The position numbers and the translations under genes are program-made. This document shows positions 1 through 13,142 of a DNA stretch of 64,000 nucleotides, piece by piece. How positions within the stretch are numbered: the first letter of the stretch is position 1; every line of letters begins with the position of its first letter. Below the pieces are notes generated by a model. That model had not been told where the DNA came from and ran no database searches. It was given only the letters and a program-made list of their open reading frames with translations. This DNA is from Lama guanicoe (taxonomy: Eukaryota), in assembly GCA_013239625.1 (NCBI GenBank), contig MU053416.1, forward strand, positions 109,562-173,561, written 5' to 3'.

Positions 1-129
1 GTTTTAAGGAAAAAGGCACTTCAGTCCTGGCCCACTTCAGTGCCTGATTGGAGTGAGATGATCAGTCCCTCACCCTGTCTGCCTAACGGGAAGTAGAAAA
101 CCTCTCACGGGAAATAACATACGGATTTT

Positions 130-1900
130 TCATTTGCAATGTCTGCCATGTAATAAAGAATTTCTAGAAATGCAACATGTAAAGACTGTATAATGGATAA
201 TATGAGAATAAGAAACATTAGACAATGGATGCAAACCCCCAGGTGATGTAGGCATCAGAGTTACCAATAAAGGCTATAAAATACTTTTAATATATTCAAG
301 AAAATTGGGGAATGATGGGAGAATAGATAACAGGATCAAGACTTTCACCAGAGAAATATACTGGAATGTATTTTTAAGAAATCAAACAGATACTCTAGAA
401 CTGAAGCTTTCAGCTCTGGAAACAGGTAAACAGAGCTAATTAGGGTCCCTTTTAAGTAAAACTTTCAGTAATGCCGTATAAAATACAACAACAAAAGTAA
501 CACAGAGCTAACTATTGAGAAAGACAGGTGACAATACAAAGAGGACACTTAAGGTCAGAATGGTAATCTTGTGAGCTGATGCCACTGCATCCTGGAGGGA
601 AGGGATTTTAATGTTCACATAAATAGGGATACAATGTCCATTTAGGAAAAAGTGTCCATACCAGATGTAGAAGACTGTTCCTTTATAGAAAACTCTGCAT
701 AAGACGTATTGGAGGCTTGCCTCTTCACTGAAAGGGAGACTCAAATTTCTCCACGTGTGAACACAGGAAAGGGGTGAAACAACCGGTTCTCTAGGGAAAA
801 ACAAAGTCTCCCTTAAAAAAATATTATCTCCATGCCCCTGCTTTATATGAATGTGGAATCCATATTGATACTCCACTTAAGATTAAGGAATTCCCAAACC
901 AGAAAATATAATAATTCAAGGTTGATGAAATCACCTGGAGCCTTAGGATAAGCAACACAAAATTGTTCTCTAGAGAAACTTTAAAAACCAGGATGTAAGG
1001 GACAATCATAGGGAAAAAAGTTATACTCACTAAAGAGGCTCTCACAACACTATACACACACAGACACACAACTTAAAACAGAAGGAAATATGTGGCCACA
1101 GGGAAGAAAGAGCCAACTGTAAAACACAGGATGATTAATATTCCAGAGCCTAAAATTATGAAACAATCTAAGAGAGAGCATAAAAAAGTATGACTGAATC
1201 ATTAAAAGATAAAATGAATTATATATAACATAATGAAAAATCAGGACATCATGAAAAATAAAACATTTTTTTTAAAGAACTAAACATAACTTATGGAAAC
1301 AATATACAGATATCATTTGGTATATAATATTCAATGTATGGGTTAAGTAACATTTTAATCTTCAATATCTAGGGTGTTCATTAAAATTCAACAGTAATCT
1401 CTAAAGTAATAGTTTAAGAAAAGAATAAAAATAAAGAAGTCAAAATGAAGAATGCAAAATAGGCCAGTCACTAGTCTAAGTTATTCATCTATTTTATCGC
1501 TTAATGCTCACAGCCTGAGGTGGATAGTACCACTTTTTGTATATGAAGAAAGTGAGTCTCAAAGGGATTACATATCCTGGTTACATGGTTAGCAAGGGAG
1601 GGAACCAAGCCCGGATAGGCTGTCTCTAGACGCCATGCTCTTAACCATCACTGCAAGGTATACAACAGGCAGGAGAAAAGCAGAGCAAAGCAAATAGAAA
1701 TCACAAAACAAGATGCCAGAAATACAACATCATCACTAATCACAATGTATTTAGATGAAATAAATAATGAGTTAAAAGATTTACAGATTTCATTTGTTTA
1801 CCTGAGACAAAACAAAATTAAAAGTTAAAACTGGTTGAAAGCTTAGAAGAATAACAGAAAGAGGTCAAAAGTTAAAGCCAGAAAAACACACCTGAGAAAT
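130..1900 (+). mobile_element. Highly decayed ancient L1 remnants, with a MIR-like patch at ~1470-1650
   Basis: A-rich plus strand with L1 ORF1-region-like phrases (aagaaatcaaacagatactctagaactgaa) and no ORF. Boundaries approximate. Confidence 0.45.
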
Positions 1901-2339
1901 GCTAATCAATGGAAAGGGAATCACTCAAGCCCCCCTCAGGTTCATAGGTACCTGAAACCCACCTTGGCCTGACACTTACCAGCTCTGTGCCTGAGCGAAA
2001 CACTCAATCCCCCGGAATCCTCATTCAATCACCTGTGAATGTAAGGAACGATCCCTCCTTCCATCTGGCCAATTTGTACTGACTGCTGTGCCACGGGTAC
2101 TGGTCAAGCCACCTGAGGTCCGTCAGTGAACAAATAAGGATCCTTGTCCCTGTAGGACTGAGGAGGAGCAGAACATAAACTACAGTCGTAACAGTCATGT
2201 GAATTATATGGTATTCTAGAAGGTGGTAGGAATAATATGATCAGGGAGAGGAGGGTTCTGGGGCAGAGACAAGGGGAAGGCGATTTCCAGTTTAAAATGA
2301 GGTGTCCTGAGTCAGCCTCCCTGAGGACCTTGAGAAGGG

Positions 2340-2750
2340 GGTACTAGTCGCTGGGCTTCCTCGAACACAGCACCACACACTGGGTGTCGTGAACCACAGA
2401 GGCTCACTGTCTCACAGCCCTGGGGGCGGGGAGTCCGAAGGCGGGGCGGGAAGTCCGAAGGCAGGGCGTCAGCAGGGCAGGTTCCTTCTGAGGGCTGGGA
2501 GGGAGAGGCTGGACCAGACCTCTCTCCTTGGCTTGTAGATGACTGTCTTCTCTCCACATCTCATCACGTCATCTCCCATGTACATGTGTCTCTTTGTCCA
2601 CATTGCCCCTTTTTATCAGGACACAAATCATACTAGAATAGGGCCCACCCTAATGACCTCATCTTAACCAATGACATCTGCAACAACCCTATTTCCAAAT
2701 GAGGTCATGTTCTGTAGTCATGGGAGCTAGGACTTCAGCATATGAGTTGG
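2340..2750 (-). mobile_element. MaLR (MLT1-type) solo LTR
   Basis: Typical MLT1 phrases: agggcccaccctaatgacctcatcttaac, tctgcaacaaccctatttccaaatgaggtca, taggacttcagcatatga. Internal ~20-bp tandem duplication at ~2424-2462. Confidence 0.75.
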
Positions 2751-3159
2751 ACAGAGACTGGCCAGGGCAACAGCCCTATGGGTGCATGTCTGATGTCCCC
2801 AAGGACCAGCAGGAAGGCCAGTGTGGCTGGAGCGGAGTGAGGCAGGGAGAAAACCGGAGATGAGCTCAGCTTGGGGAGGGGGAAGAAAGCTGTAAAGTAA
2901 TTGTAAAGACTCTCGCATCTTCACTGAGTGAAATGAAAAGCCATTGCAGGATTTTGAGCAGAAAAGTTGACACGCAGGGTCTCACTCATGCCTGACTTAG
3001 GTGATGAGGATGAAAATATTTAGGCTTTTGAGCTGATAATAGACTACATGTTGGACTTTGAGTTGATAGTGTAGTAAATGAGACTCTGGAGACTGCTGGG
3101 ATGAGGTGGATGCATTTTGCATGTATGATGGACAAGAACGTGTGAGGCCAATGGGAAGA

Positions 3160-3610
3160 ACGTGGTAGAATAATGGCCCCCAATATGTCCACGGTCTGAT
3201 CCCTAGAACCTGTGAATATGTCACTGTGCAATGGCAGAAGGGACTCTGAAGGTGTGACTGTCAAGGACCTTGGGATGGCAGATCACTGTGGGTAATCAAA
3301 CATCATCACAGAGGTCAGAGGAGAGAGGCAGATGGGTCAGAGACAGAGATGTGAAGTGGCAGCAGAAGTCACAATGACACAGGGCCCTGGGCCAAGAAGT
3401 GTGAGCACCTCTGCAAGCTGGGAAAGGTAGGAAGACAAATCCCTCCCTAGAGCCTCGGTGTGGGACATAGCCTTGACCAAACTTTGGTTTTAGCCCACTG
3501 ACATTGACTTTGCACTTCTGCACCCTAGAACAGTGCGACAATGAATGTGTCTTGCCTTAAGCCACTGAGTCTGTGGTCCTTTGTTACAACAGCAATAGGA
3601 AAGGAACTCA
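3160..3610 (+). mobile_element. MaLR (MLT1D-like) solo LTR
   Basis: Starts tggtagaataatggcccccaatatgtccac...cctagaacctgtgaatatgt and ends ttaagccactgagtctgtggtcctttgttacaacagcaataggaaa. Confidence 0.75.
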
Positions 3611-5431
3611 GAAACCAACATGAACATGAACCACAGGCTGCCTGCTGTGCTGGCAGGAAGTCCTTTGTCTCTGATCCTGGGGGAGTCTCCTGTCTTCTGG
3701 CAGCATCCACAAACTACCTCATGCTAACTTGGCAGCTTGCAGGGGGTCAAATCTGAACCCTGCACAGTTCTTGTTATATAGTTAATAAAAAGGGTGGTGT
3801 CATCGTGGGTATTTTTCCATCTTTTAAATACCCTTCAGTCTTCTAATAAAGCTACTTCTAATTGAGAGACTGTGTAAATAGTTTTCAATCTTAATAATAA
3901 ATAACTGATTTATTTGGTTACTTAAGTTATGAATAATATTCACATTAGTAAAAGTTATTAAAATCAACATTCTTTAATGAAAATATCATTTCTTTTTGCA
4001 TGAACATGTATTAACTACAAGATATGTTCCATGCTTTGTTCTACGATTTAGTGTTAGAGTCTTAAAGAATAATATTTTCCTCAAAAAATATTATGGTGAA
4101 GGGATTTCTTCTGGTGGAACAGTTCCTACATCAAATCTGGTGCATGGCTCAGGCCACTGGAATCCTAGAGATGATAGAAATTAGGAGGCATTAAAAACAC
4201 AGAACCATTTTTAAAGGAATTAAAACACTGGATGTTTGAAAACAAAGAATCAGAGAATATTCTGGTGAAATAAAAGTATTTTTCAGCTTAAGCAAGACAC
4301 GGGGTGAATAAATCTAAAATTAAAAAACGACCCAGAGATTAGCAGTGAGGCATGCATGCAGTGTGACTGATCAAAACCAAGTTGTTTCCAAACCAGTGTG
4401 CAGGCTTGATGCCTTCATGAATCAAGTTTCTGTGGCAGCAGGCCACCTTGAATACATGTTGGTGAGGTATTTATAAGCCCTACACCATCCCAGCTCAAAG
4501 CCCACACATGAGCCACATGACCATCACCTACACATCTGCAAAACACACAGCATAGAGAATAGCACTTTTCTTGTTCAGTAGCCGGTGGCAGGGCACTGTG
4601 AGCAGACAGAGATACAGGGACATAGAGACACAGATGCACCTCCCCTCACTCAGCTGAAAACCTTCCGTGCATTCCTGGGGACAGGATTGTCATAAAACGC
4701 ACCAAGTATTGATCCCCATCCTAGGAAATGAAGGGCAGGGCTGTCCTCAGGTTTGAGCAAGGGTGGCCGGGGGATCTCAGAAGAGCTGTTTCAGCACAAC
4801 AAATAGAAATGTTGGCCACCGTGACCACGAGAGATAAGTCTCCTGCCATCTCGTTAGGCACTTGGGCTGCTGACAAATGCTGGGCTCAGTAAAGGGTTGA
4901 GTAGAAAGCACAGACCTGAGGGATGCCCCAGCAAGAGACAGGAGGTAGGGCCTGGTTTATACTGCTCTGGGTGTCTCCCAGCCTCATCTGAATACGAAAT
5001 CAGAAATTTTCAAAGCAGCAGAGCTGGGATGGGTCATCTACTCCAGACTCCTCACCTTACAGTTAAAAGGGTGGCAGCCCTGATAGGCAAAGCAACGTGC
5101 TAAAGGCAGAGCATGGAAGTGGCAGCACCAGATGAAACGCACCTTGCCAACCCCCATTCAAGGACGCTGACACTGAGGACAGGGCCAAGGTTTCCAACGA
5201 GGAGAAAGAGACAGAGTAAATACTTTGTTCCCCCCAAACCCCAAATGTTTTTTAAAGGCACAAAAACTCACCTTAACTAGCTCTCTTCTGAGGGGCTCTC
5301 TTCTGTCTCCGTCTTTCTGTCTGTCTCCATTTCTCTCAGACACAGACACATACAATTTTGTTAAAGGCGACTTCCTGCCATACAAATACAGACTTCACAT
5401 CTTCAGAAAGGCACTTGACAAAGCACGTTTC

Positions 5432-5821
5432 TCAATTCAAGTCTTTGTGTGAGGTCTGGGCAATTGGCTTATTTTCTAGAACAATCGGTGGTTACAAAAT
5501 CAGGAGATCATCTTCTCCAAAGGAAGAGTTCTGGTCCGTGTTGATGAAGTTGGGGATGTCACATTTCATGAGCCTGTTCAGCTCCTCCTCTGGCCACCTG
5601 CTGCATCTGATGGCTTTCTGGAGCCAAATATCACTGTGAAGGGCTATGGTTGGGATACCAGTTTTTGCCTTGTCCAAGTGGTCCACTTCATTGATGTAGT
5701 AGTGAAAGAGGGACCTAGATTTGTCATTGCCCTGCCAGATATCACCTTGGGCACCAGCGGTCTTCCAAAGTCTGACACAAAGCTGTTCAGTCTGAATGTC
5801 TTCTCGGAAGACTCTACATTG
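5432..5821 (-). pseudogene. Terminal coding exon remnant of the unidentified gene
   Basis: Acceptor ttttggttttctttatag. Reads NVESSEKTFRLNSFVSDFGRPLVP, then a frameshift near 5745, then QGNDKSRSLFHYYINEVDHLDKAKTG...KCDIPNFINTDQNSSFGEDDLLIL*PPIVLENKPIAQTSHKDLN*. Internal TAA at 5494-5492, final TGA at 5434-5432. Confidence 0.7.
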
Positions 5822-6059
5822 CTATAAAGAAAACCAAAATAAAATATTGCTCACACTCTAGCTCGGTGACCTGAAGAATCACAGTTTTTGCCATCTACTG
5901 AGTGCAAGTCCCTGCACAGAGCATACTGACAAGCACTGGAAGTGAGAGACATCACTTCTGAACACATACAATTAAACCCAAGGCAAAAGTCTCAAGTGAG
6001 GGCCCTTGGGCCATCCTGAAAAGACATCATTCCGAGAATCTTCAATATTGGGGCATTGC

Positions 6060-6230
6060 ACACCAGTGTTTTTCAGTGGGACACTCAGATCATCTTCATC
6101 AGAATTAGTTAAAGTGCTTCTTAAAATGCAGAATTCTGGGGTGCAAACCCTCAACGTCTCCAGAGGTAGGGACCTGTATTCTGTATTTTCAGGTCCACCA
6201 AGATCACTAAATACACTCAGGTTTAGCACC
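6060..6230. mobile_element. MER5-like hAT DNA transposon remnant
   Basis: cagtgtttttcag...catcagaatt...cttaaaatgcagaattctgggg...ctgtattttcagg...ggtttagcacc pattern. Confidence 0.5.
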
Positions 6231-7194
6231 GTGGTCTACATCGTGTCACCTGAGCATCAACAATGCTGTCTCATGGGGTAGGGGGTGTCATGTGTGTCAG
6301 GGTGCTCTCCTACCCACGTGTCTCCCCTGATTCTCAGAACTGACAATGCAGCCCCATTGGGGAAGAAATACCACCATTTCACAATGCATACGCAGGGCGT
6401 CCGACTGACAGATACAATCAATGATAGGAGAGGGGAAAAAACTCAGCTTCCTGATACCTTGTTTCACTTACTGTGGGACAAATGATCAATTCAAGGGTAA
6501 TAAATCAGTGAATGAGTGAATAACATGACTCTCGTTAGTCCCACGAGTGCCTGGAAGGGCCAGCCTGGGCACACTGAGAACCATAACAGCCCATATACTT
6601 AATTGCCATCCTTCCCAGATTTATGGAAAGGTTACTTCTACCCAGGCACTGACTTCTGAAGGGCAAGAATCATGTCTGAACACACTCTCAAATCCAGAAC
6701 AGAACCTGATAAAAATTAGGCTCTGGGGTCTGTGTTTAGCGAGTGTGGAATCTCAGTGATTCCAGCTCTTACACCTTGCCTTCCCATCCCACCCCACACG
6801 ATATGGCCCTTATGACCAGCTCTTCTGAGGCTGGGGCCACGGAATCCATTTACAGGACTGGAAGAATCTGATCATATAAAACATCCCCCAGATTATCATC
6901 AAGAGTCACCTGCATTTCAGGGATCAGTAATCCCAGAAGCTTTGTAGCTCAGGCAGCTGAGGGAGTTTTATATCAGCTCTGTCTTCTACTGTGACTGCCT
7001 GGGTGACATCAGACAAGGAATTCTCAAAAGCCTCAGCTTTTTCTTTCAGGAATAATCTAATTAAAATGTGATGTGAAGGTCAACGATTTACACAGGAGTA
7101 TAAAATTCACTAGGTCGTGGATTTAGAATCAGAGAAAAATCATTTGAGAAAGATTGACAGAATGTAGCTTTAATGCATATTTAAGTATTCTTAC

Positions 7195-7307
7195 CTTTCA
7201 GTAAATCATCTTCTTCCCATACTTATCCCTTCACCCAAGTTTAAAAGTTGTTTGAGAACAGGGATGAGTGTGCCAGCAATCTGTGACCCAATAACCTAAA
7301 ATGTCAC
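7195..7307 (-). pseudogene. Internal exon remnant (113 nt, phase 0-2)
   Basis: Acceptor ctcccctcttattcctag, donor AG|gtaaga. Reads VTF*VIGSQIAGTLIPVLKQLLNLGEGISMGRR*FTE(S) and joins the terminal exon in frame. Confidence 0.65.
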
Positions 7308-7529
7308 CTAGGAATAAGAGGGGAGTAACACATTTTTAAAAAGCATGATGAGGATGGCAGGGCCATCTCCCAACTCCAGATTAAGAAGCTCTGAGTAATA
7401 GCTTTCCTGCCTGCCTGGGGCATCAGCTGATGTGAAATCCCACCTAGAAACTGTCCAGCAGCTCTTCCGTAACACAGGCTACACTTTCTCAGGATTAAGA
7501 ATTGGGTCAAGTAACCCCTTCACTGAAGA

Positions 7530-9215
7530 ATAAAGACAAAGGAGAACAAGAGAGTTCTGCCCTTCCCCAGGGGAGAGCCCAGACCTTGGGCTGCATGTAC
7601 TGCGCCCGCCTCCCAGAAGGATAAACTGGAGAAGGATGTCCTGCGAAAGTGGGGCAGCAAAGGTTTTGATGGGAACAAATTGACCAGCTGGCCAGGGACA
7701 GCCCACTCCATTGCTGCATTGGAGGCTGCCACCTCCCCCTTAGCACATCCTGCCTACCTTTGGTGGTTAGACTGTCAGGGAAACTGTGCTTTGAGACCTG
7801 GGGCAATAGAGGCTGCCCCCAAGCCAAGCTGTTAGGAGATGGGAGCTAAATCTCCAGCTCCCAAGCGGCAGGCTCCATACCCTCGCCACCACCCCGCTGC
7901 CCCCGCAACCTACCACACCCCAGGGGCAATATGACCCAGAGAAGGGTGACCTGGGAACGAGGGACAGTATAGGCCACTCCCATGTCAGGCCTCCAGAAAG
8001 ATGGTAGTTTATCCTCCAGCTCACCAGAGGCAGCTCCCCTCTCCTTTCCACCCCCTGATCTCACCACGCCCACCTCCCAGGAGCAACCTGACTTGGTGTG
8101 GGGTGTCAGGTGAATCTTGAGCGGGAGAGGCCGTCCCCAGGCCAGGTCAGGGGAGAGGAGAAGAAGTGACCCCATTAGTCAGTCAGGGCAGCAGGCCACC
8201 TCAGCTGCCCCTGCCCCTCGACCACATTGCGCCTGCCTCCCAGGGGCAAGCTGACCTGGAGACAGGCATCCGGCTTCTTGGGCAGCAGAGGACGCCCCCA
8301 GGGTTGGCCGCGGGGAAGAGGGGAAAACCATGGGGGGAAATGGGAGCAAATGGACAGGCTCCATGGGAAAACCCGCCGCTTCTTCCACCACCCCCAAAGT
8401 ACCACGCCAGCCTCCCGGGGTCAGGCTGACTAGGATACAGGTGTCCCGTAACCCAGGACAACAAAGACCACCCCCTGGACAAGCTGCGGGGAAGATGGGA
8501 GCAAATGGGCCAGCTCTCCCGCTGCAGGCCCCCGACCCCTGCCACCCCTGCACCCTGACTACCCTGCCTCCCGCCCCCAGCAGGCAAAGTGGGACAGAGG
8601 TGTCCCGGGACCTGGCGCAGCAGAGACCGCCTGCAGGCCACGCAGTGCAGACATGGGAGCTAATCCACAAGTTCCTCCAAGGCAGCCTCCCTATCCCCGC
8701 AGCCACCAACTAACCAGCCCCCTGACCTCAACGCACCCATCTCCCAGGAGCAAGTTCACCAGGAGTCGGACCTCAGGCAAATCTCCGGACACAGAGGCGG
8801 CCCCCAGGCCAGGCCACAGGGAACAGAAGAAATGGAGCAGCTCCCTGGAACGGCCCCCCTCCCCCTGCCGCCGCCGCCGCCGCCGCCTCCCAGGAGCAAG
8901 CTAGGGACAGCAGAGGCCGCTCCCAGGCCCAGTAGCCTGGAGAAGGCAGCTATTCCACCAGTTCGCCAGGGGCAGCCCCACTCCGCCCCTCTGCCGCTGC
9001 CGCCGCCCCCTGACCTAACCGCCCCACCTCCCAGGAGCAACCTTACCTGGAGTCCAACATCTGGTGAATTTCCGGCGGCCAAGGACCCCCCAGGCCAGGC
9101 TGCAGGGAACAGAAGAAATCAACCGGCTTGCCCGGGAAGCCTCCCACCCGCCGCCGCCGTCGCCTCCGCAGCCTCCGCCCCAAACGATTGCACTAGCCTC
9201 CAAGGGTCAGGCTGA
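7530..9215. repeat. Degenerate GC-rich tandem array, ~160-bp unit, ~10 copies
   Basis: Anchor agaggccgcccccaggccag-like recurs near 7808, 7968, 8126, 8287, 8464, 8622, 8792, 8912 and 9080. Companion motifs cctcccaggagcaa and gatgggagcaaat recur in register. Confidence 0.75.
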
Positions 9216-9259
9216 CTGCGAGGATGTGCACTTGCCTTCTGATCCTGGCCACGTACCTG

Positions 9260-9455
9260 AGCACCTACCTGCACCCCTACACTCCCTGTACCTCTGCACC
9301 CCTGCCACTCTCTGCATTTCTGCACTCCCTGCACTTCTGCACCTCTGAACTGCCTGCACCCCCGCATCCCCTGAACTCCCTGCACCCTCCACAGCCCCTG
9401 CACCCCTGCCACCACTTACACCCTTGCACAGCCTACACTCCTGCACCCCTGCATT
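9260..9455. repeat. Minisatellite, ~9-bp unit (CTGCACCCC-like)
   Basis: About 20 tandem variants such as ctgcacccc, ctgcactcc, ctgcacttc and ctgaactcc. Confidence 0.8.
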
Positions 9456-9521
9456 TCCCACACACCACCTCTTGGGCCTGTGGCAGAGTCTCTGCTGTTA
9501 GACCAAGGCACAGGGACTCAC

Positions 9522-9648
9522 ATCTTTGCCAGTATATGATGAATCAGTGGACGTCTGGGGTTGGCTGCAGGAAGGTACATGTTCCCGGTCACTAGCCTGG
9601 GCCACTAGGGTGATCTCTGTGTGGTCACCCAGGATGGGCTCCGAGATG
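9522..9648 (-). pseudogene. Internal exon remnant (127 nt, phase 2-0), open frame
   Basis: Acceptor ctcctctcttcctggaaaacag, donor AT|gtgagt. Reads ISEPILGDHTEITLVAQASDREHVPSCSQPQTSTDSSYTGKD. Confidence 0.65.
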
Positions 9649-10589
9649 CTGTTTTCCAGGAAGAGAGGAGTTGAAACCGGTCTTGAGGGCAGAGCTGTTC
9701 TCACCAGGCCATCCACGCTTCATGTTTTACACAGGGCTTCGGAGAGGTGAAATGGATCCGGCCAAGTAAGAGCTGCCTGCTGTGCGCCCACCTCAGTCCT
9801 GGGCTCTGAGGCAGTCCGACTGGCTCCCAACCTCAGGGCCCAGTCTGGGCAACTGAATGGTCCCTTGGAGGCATCCCATCAGTTCTCAGAAAGAAGTCGG
9901 GCTGCTTCCACCCCATGGCCCTCCCTCCCACTGTGCTGGCCTTAGGAAGGTTCCTTATTAGGGGAAGAAGGCAGCCCACCCCCTACCCCACCCCTCACCA
10001 TGCTCTCACCCAGGCTGTTGTTCCCTCTGCCCTTCAGAGTCTGGGAAGCCATCCCTCTTCAGTTATGTCCCTTCTGAGATGGACTTGCTTCCACTCAATT
10101 CTAGGCGAGGATGCACCATGGAATGCACTGGGTAAGAGAACCAAAATAAATAATTTCTTCTGTGAGGTTGTCTGTTTATCTACTGGGGCTGGGCTGTGTG
10201 CAGTTTGCTACAGCTATTGGTGTGAGAGGCTAAAGCCACATGTGTGTCCTTGTTTTCATCTCCCCGCTGTCTTTGGGATTTCCCTAGCACTGCTGAGACA
10301 TTTACTTCTTTTAGTTTTATTCCTGTTATTACACAGGGGCCCTACTGTCATGGAGGTAAGGAGGACAGAGCATCTGTAGTTCTGTGATTAGTTCTCACTG
10401 AAACTGTACCCTGAGCTGTGACCTCCACAAGTGTGTCTCTTTCCCCCCATCCCAATTTGGGTGACACAGAAGGTATTTCCCTTCCCCCAGGTTGGTTAGG
10501 CTCTGGTAAAATAATTTCTCAATAAAAAAAACAAAACAAAACACAACCCCCCACAATGGAACAGAATGTTCTGGGTGTATTTCAATAGA

Positions 10590-11000
10590 GCTATTTTCTC
10601 CTTTCCTGGCAGGAAGCATGAGGGGTTTTCTCTGATCTTCACTCTGAGAACAGGGCATGGTCCTGGAGGTAACATGCATGAAAAAGAGCAGGGGTCTCTC
10701 TGACTGGCCCCCTGGAGTTGTCACACTCAGACTTCCCCACTCTGAGCCTCCCGCTGGTCTCAGGGAGCTTTGAAATCTTCCTGCCCCAGCGGTTCTTACA
10801 ACAGTGTGTTCTGCCTTTGGAGTTGTGATACTCCAAGCCTTCCTGGCTGCCTCTCTGGGTTGGGAGCAGCTTTTTCCCTCAGTTTTCTGGTGGATCTAAG
10901 AAGAGCAGTGGGTTTGCAGCTCCCTCAGCTCTTTTGTTGTTTTCGGGACAGAAGGAGCAACTTCTGAGCTCCTCACAAGCTGGACCAGAGGCTGGAAGCC
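10590..11000 (-). mobile_element. Old L1 (L1MC/MD-like) 5'-region remnant
   Basis: ggatctaagaagagcagtgggtttgcagctccctcagctcttttgttgtt...caacttctgagctcctcacaagctggaccagaggctggaag resembles old L1M 5' ends as I recall them. Confidence 0.4.
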
Positions 11001-11250
11001 TCCCCTCCTCTGCCTCCATGCAGACAATCAGGGGCTGTGGTTCTAGCTGAGTTTCTGAAGATGTGGATTTAAACACACACATCCCAGCCCCCACAGGAGC
11101 ACACAGCCCCATAAATCCCTACAACTTCCACTGGTAACTACTGAGCTGATGGGGACACGGGTTTCAGGGCTGCAGAGGCCTTAATGCACGACTTGCTCCG
11201 TGGCCTATTAACGTGGTTGTTCTGGGCCTTCTCTGAAGTGGCTTGCTTAC

Positions 11251-11314
11251 CATACTTGGTACATGGGAAATATAAACTAATTACTAGAACCTCCACTTTT
11301 TCTCCCTCCAGGGA
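11251..11314 (-). pseudogene. Candidate short exon remnant (64 nt, phase 1-2)
   Basis: Donor TG|gtaagc. Acceptor ttactttttatgttgcaag is weak (AAG). Reads (V)PGGRKSGGSSN*FIFPMYQV(C) and bridges the phases of its neighbours. Confidence 0.45.
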
Positions 11315-12981
11315 CTTGCAACATAAAAAGTAATAAGTGAACTCAGAAGGTCTAGTCACCACAATGAGGTCCGAACACCCTGGCTCTCCTGAGTGATGGG
11401 CACTGAATTGCACCTTAACTCGGAGCAGTAGGGGAACCACCTCCCTCTAACTGGGCCTCTCCCCACACCAGGCACGCCTTCAGCTGAGATGAGGCCAACT
11501 CCCCCATTGAGGTGTGTGCTGGTGGCTTCAGTGTGACCTGGCCCTTCCAGGACATGAACCTGCAGTGAGGTAGAGGGTCAGGAGGAGGGGGGTCCCTGCT
11601 GGGGCAGCACGGGGCCCGGCAGTACCCTGCCCAGCCTGGTGCCTGGGGCTCCCCAACACCTCCCACGGCCCCTGGGTCAGCTCTGGTCCAGGCCACTCCA
11701 CGCATATCCCAGTATCTTTTCATTAAGTCCCTTCTTTGCTTTTATCAGTCAGAGGTGGCTTCTGTTGCTTGTTCAGTGAAACAGTGCATCGGGAAACCAG
11801 ACTATTTCTAAGATCAGTAAAATACCAACTTCGGTCAGTTCACTGGGGAGACCGTGCAGCACAAATTCCCGTACAGGGCTGTGCAAATGGCTTAGGTGAA
11901 TGGTTCTCATCATCCGTCTTCAGAGATATAGAAGCTGGTGGTTCAGGTAAAACCTCAGGAAGGGTTTGAGGAATCCAAAGCTGGTTGGTTTCAAAGATTA
12001 ACCTGTCAGAACAGACCCCTGAGCTGTGGTCAGAAGCCTGGCACAATGTCACGCAGACTCAGCACCCTAAGTGCCGGGTGGGGCCTCTGCTGTTCCCTTT
12101 ACAGGTTCTCTTTGGGCAGTCATTGTAGCCCCTTACACTCAGCAGGGAATACAGCCCCCTTAGCCCCCACCCTGAGTGTTCCTTGACACAAATCCTGGGA
12201 GTGTTTACTTTTCATCTTTGTTTAGGAGGATGAAGGTGGGGCAAGAGGAGATATAAATTCACACTAGTGACACCAAGTCACAGCAAGTACCTCCTCCTCA
12301 GAGAGCTATGTCCTCCCACAGTGGTGGCTGGGGGGTTGGGCAGAGCCCTTCCGCTGGTCCCAGAGGAACTCGCACCTCTGGCTGCAACTGATGGGTTGGA
12401 CAACCAATCCAGAGGGGATAGAGCATCTTTCCTGAGAATTTGAAACTGACACACAGAAATCAAGTTCACTCATCTGGGGATTGGGAAGAGGGTGGAAATC
12501 AAATGAAACCAGAGCAGGAGACAAAGTTACAAGTGAATGAGAGAAAGACAGAGAGACTGAACTTGTGGAAAGGAAGGAAAACAATCAGGGGACAAAGTAA
12601 TTCCAGCTCCTGAGTGTCTAGTGTGTCCCAGCCCATCAACGACCCCGTGGGATGGTTAAGATCATTCCAGTTTTGCAGATTAGGAAACAGGATAAAAGAG
12701 ATGGGGGTTGGCTTCGGGTGCACAGTTAATTTAAGTGCCACTGGACCCCTCACTTCCCACTGCCTGAAGACACCATGATCCTCAAAGGGGCCCTGCTGTG
12801 CTGATAGCCCAGCACCCTGATCAAAGGGCCCCTGCAGTTGTGGGAACCCCTCTGAGTGTGGAGAGTTCCCTGCACCGAGATTCCATGCATCAGCCGGCTC
12901 CCGCTCACCCCAGGTTAACGTCTCCCCAGCTGTGCAGTCTCCCGACCTGCTTCCCTCCCTGCCAGTCACCCCTGTCCTTAC

Positions 12982-13142
12982 CACCGAGTGTACTGCAGGA
13001 ATTCAGGCACAGGGATGCCCAAAGCAACACGAGCCCACCGGCTGTACAAACAGCAGACTCCCAGCCCCACCTGGGCTCCATGGGGATAGTAGGTGTCCTC
13101 ACTTTTCATGTATCTAAGGCAATCTGCTTCTTCAGCTGGAGG
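12982..13142 (-). pseudogene. Internal exon remnant (161 nt)
   Basis: Strong acceptor ccttttatttttctctatag, donor TG|gtaagg. The chain frame reads LQLKKQIALDT*KVRTPTIPMEP... An alternative frame (PPAEEADCLRYMKSEDTYYPHG...) is fully open, so the true frame is uncertain. Confidence 0.6.

Noticed and set aside
8166..9595. Overlapping Pro/Gly/Ala-rich ORFs as a real protein
   Set aside because: They are open in many frames on both strands because of GC-rich repeats, with no consistent frame between units.
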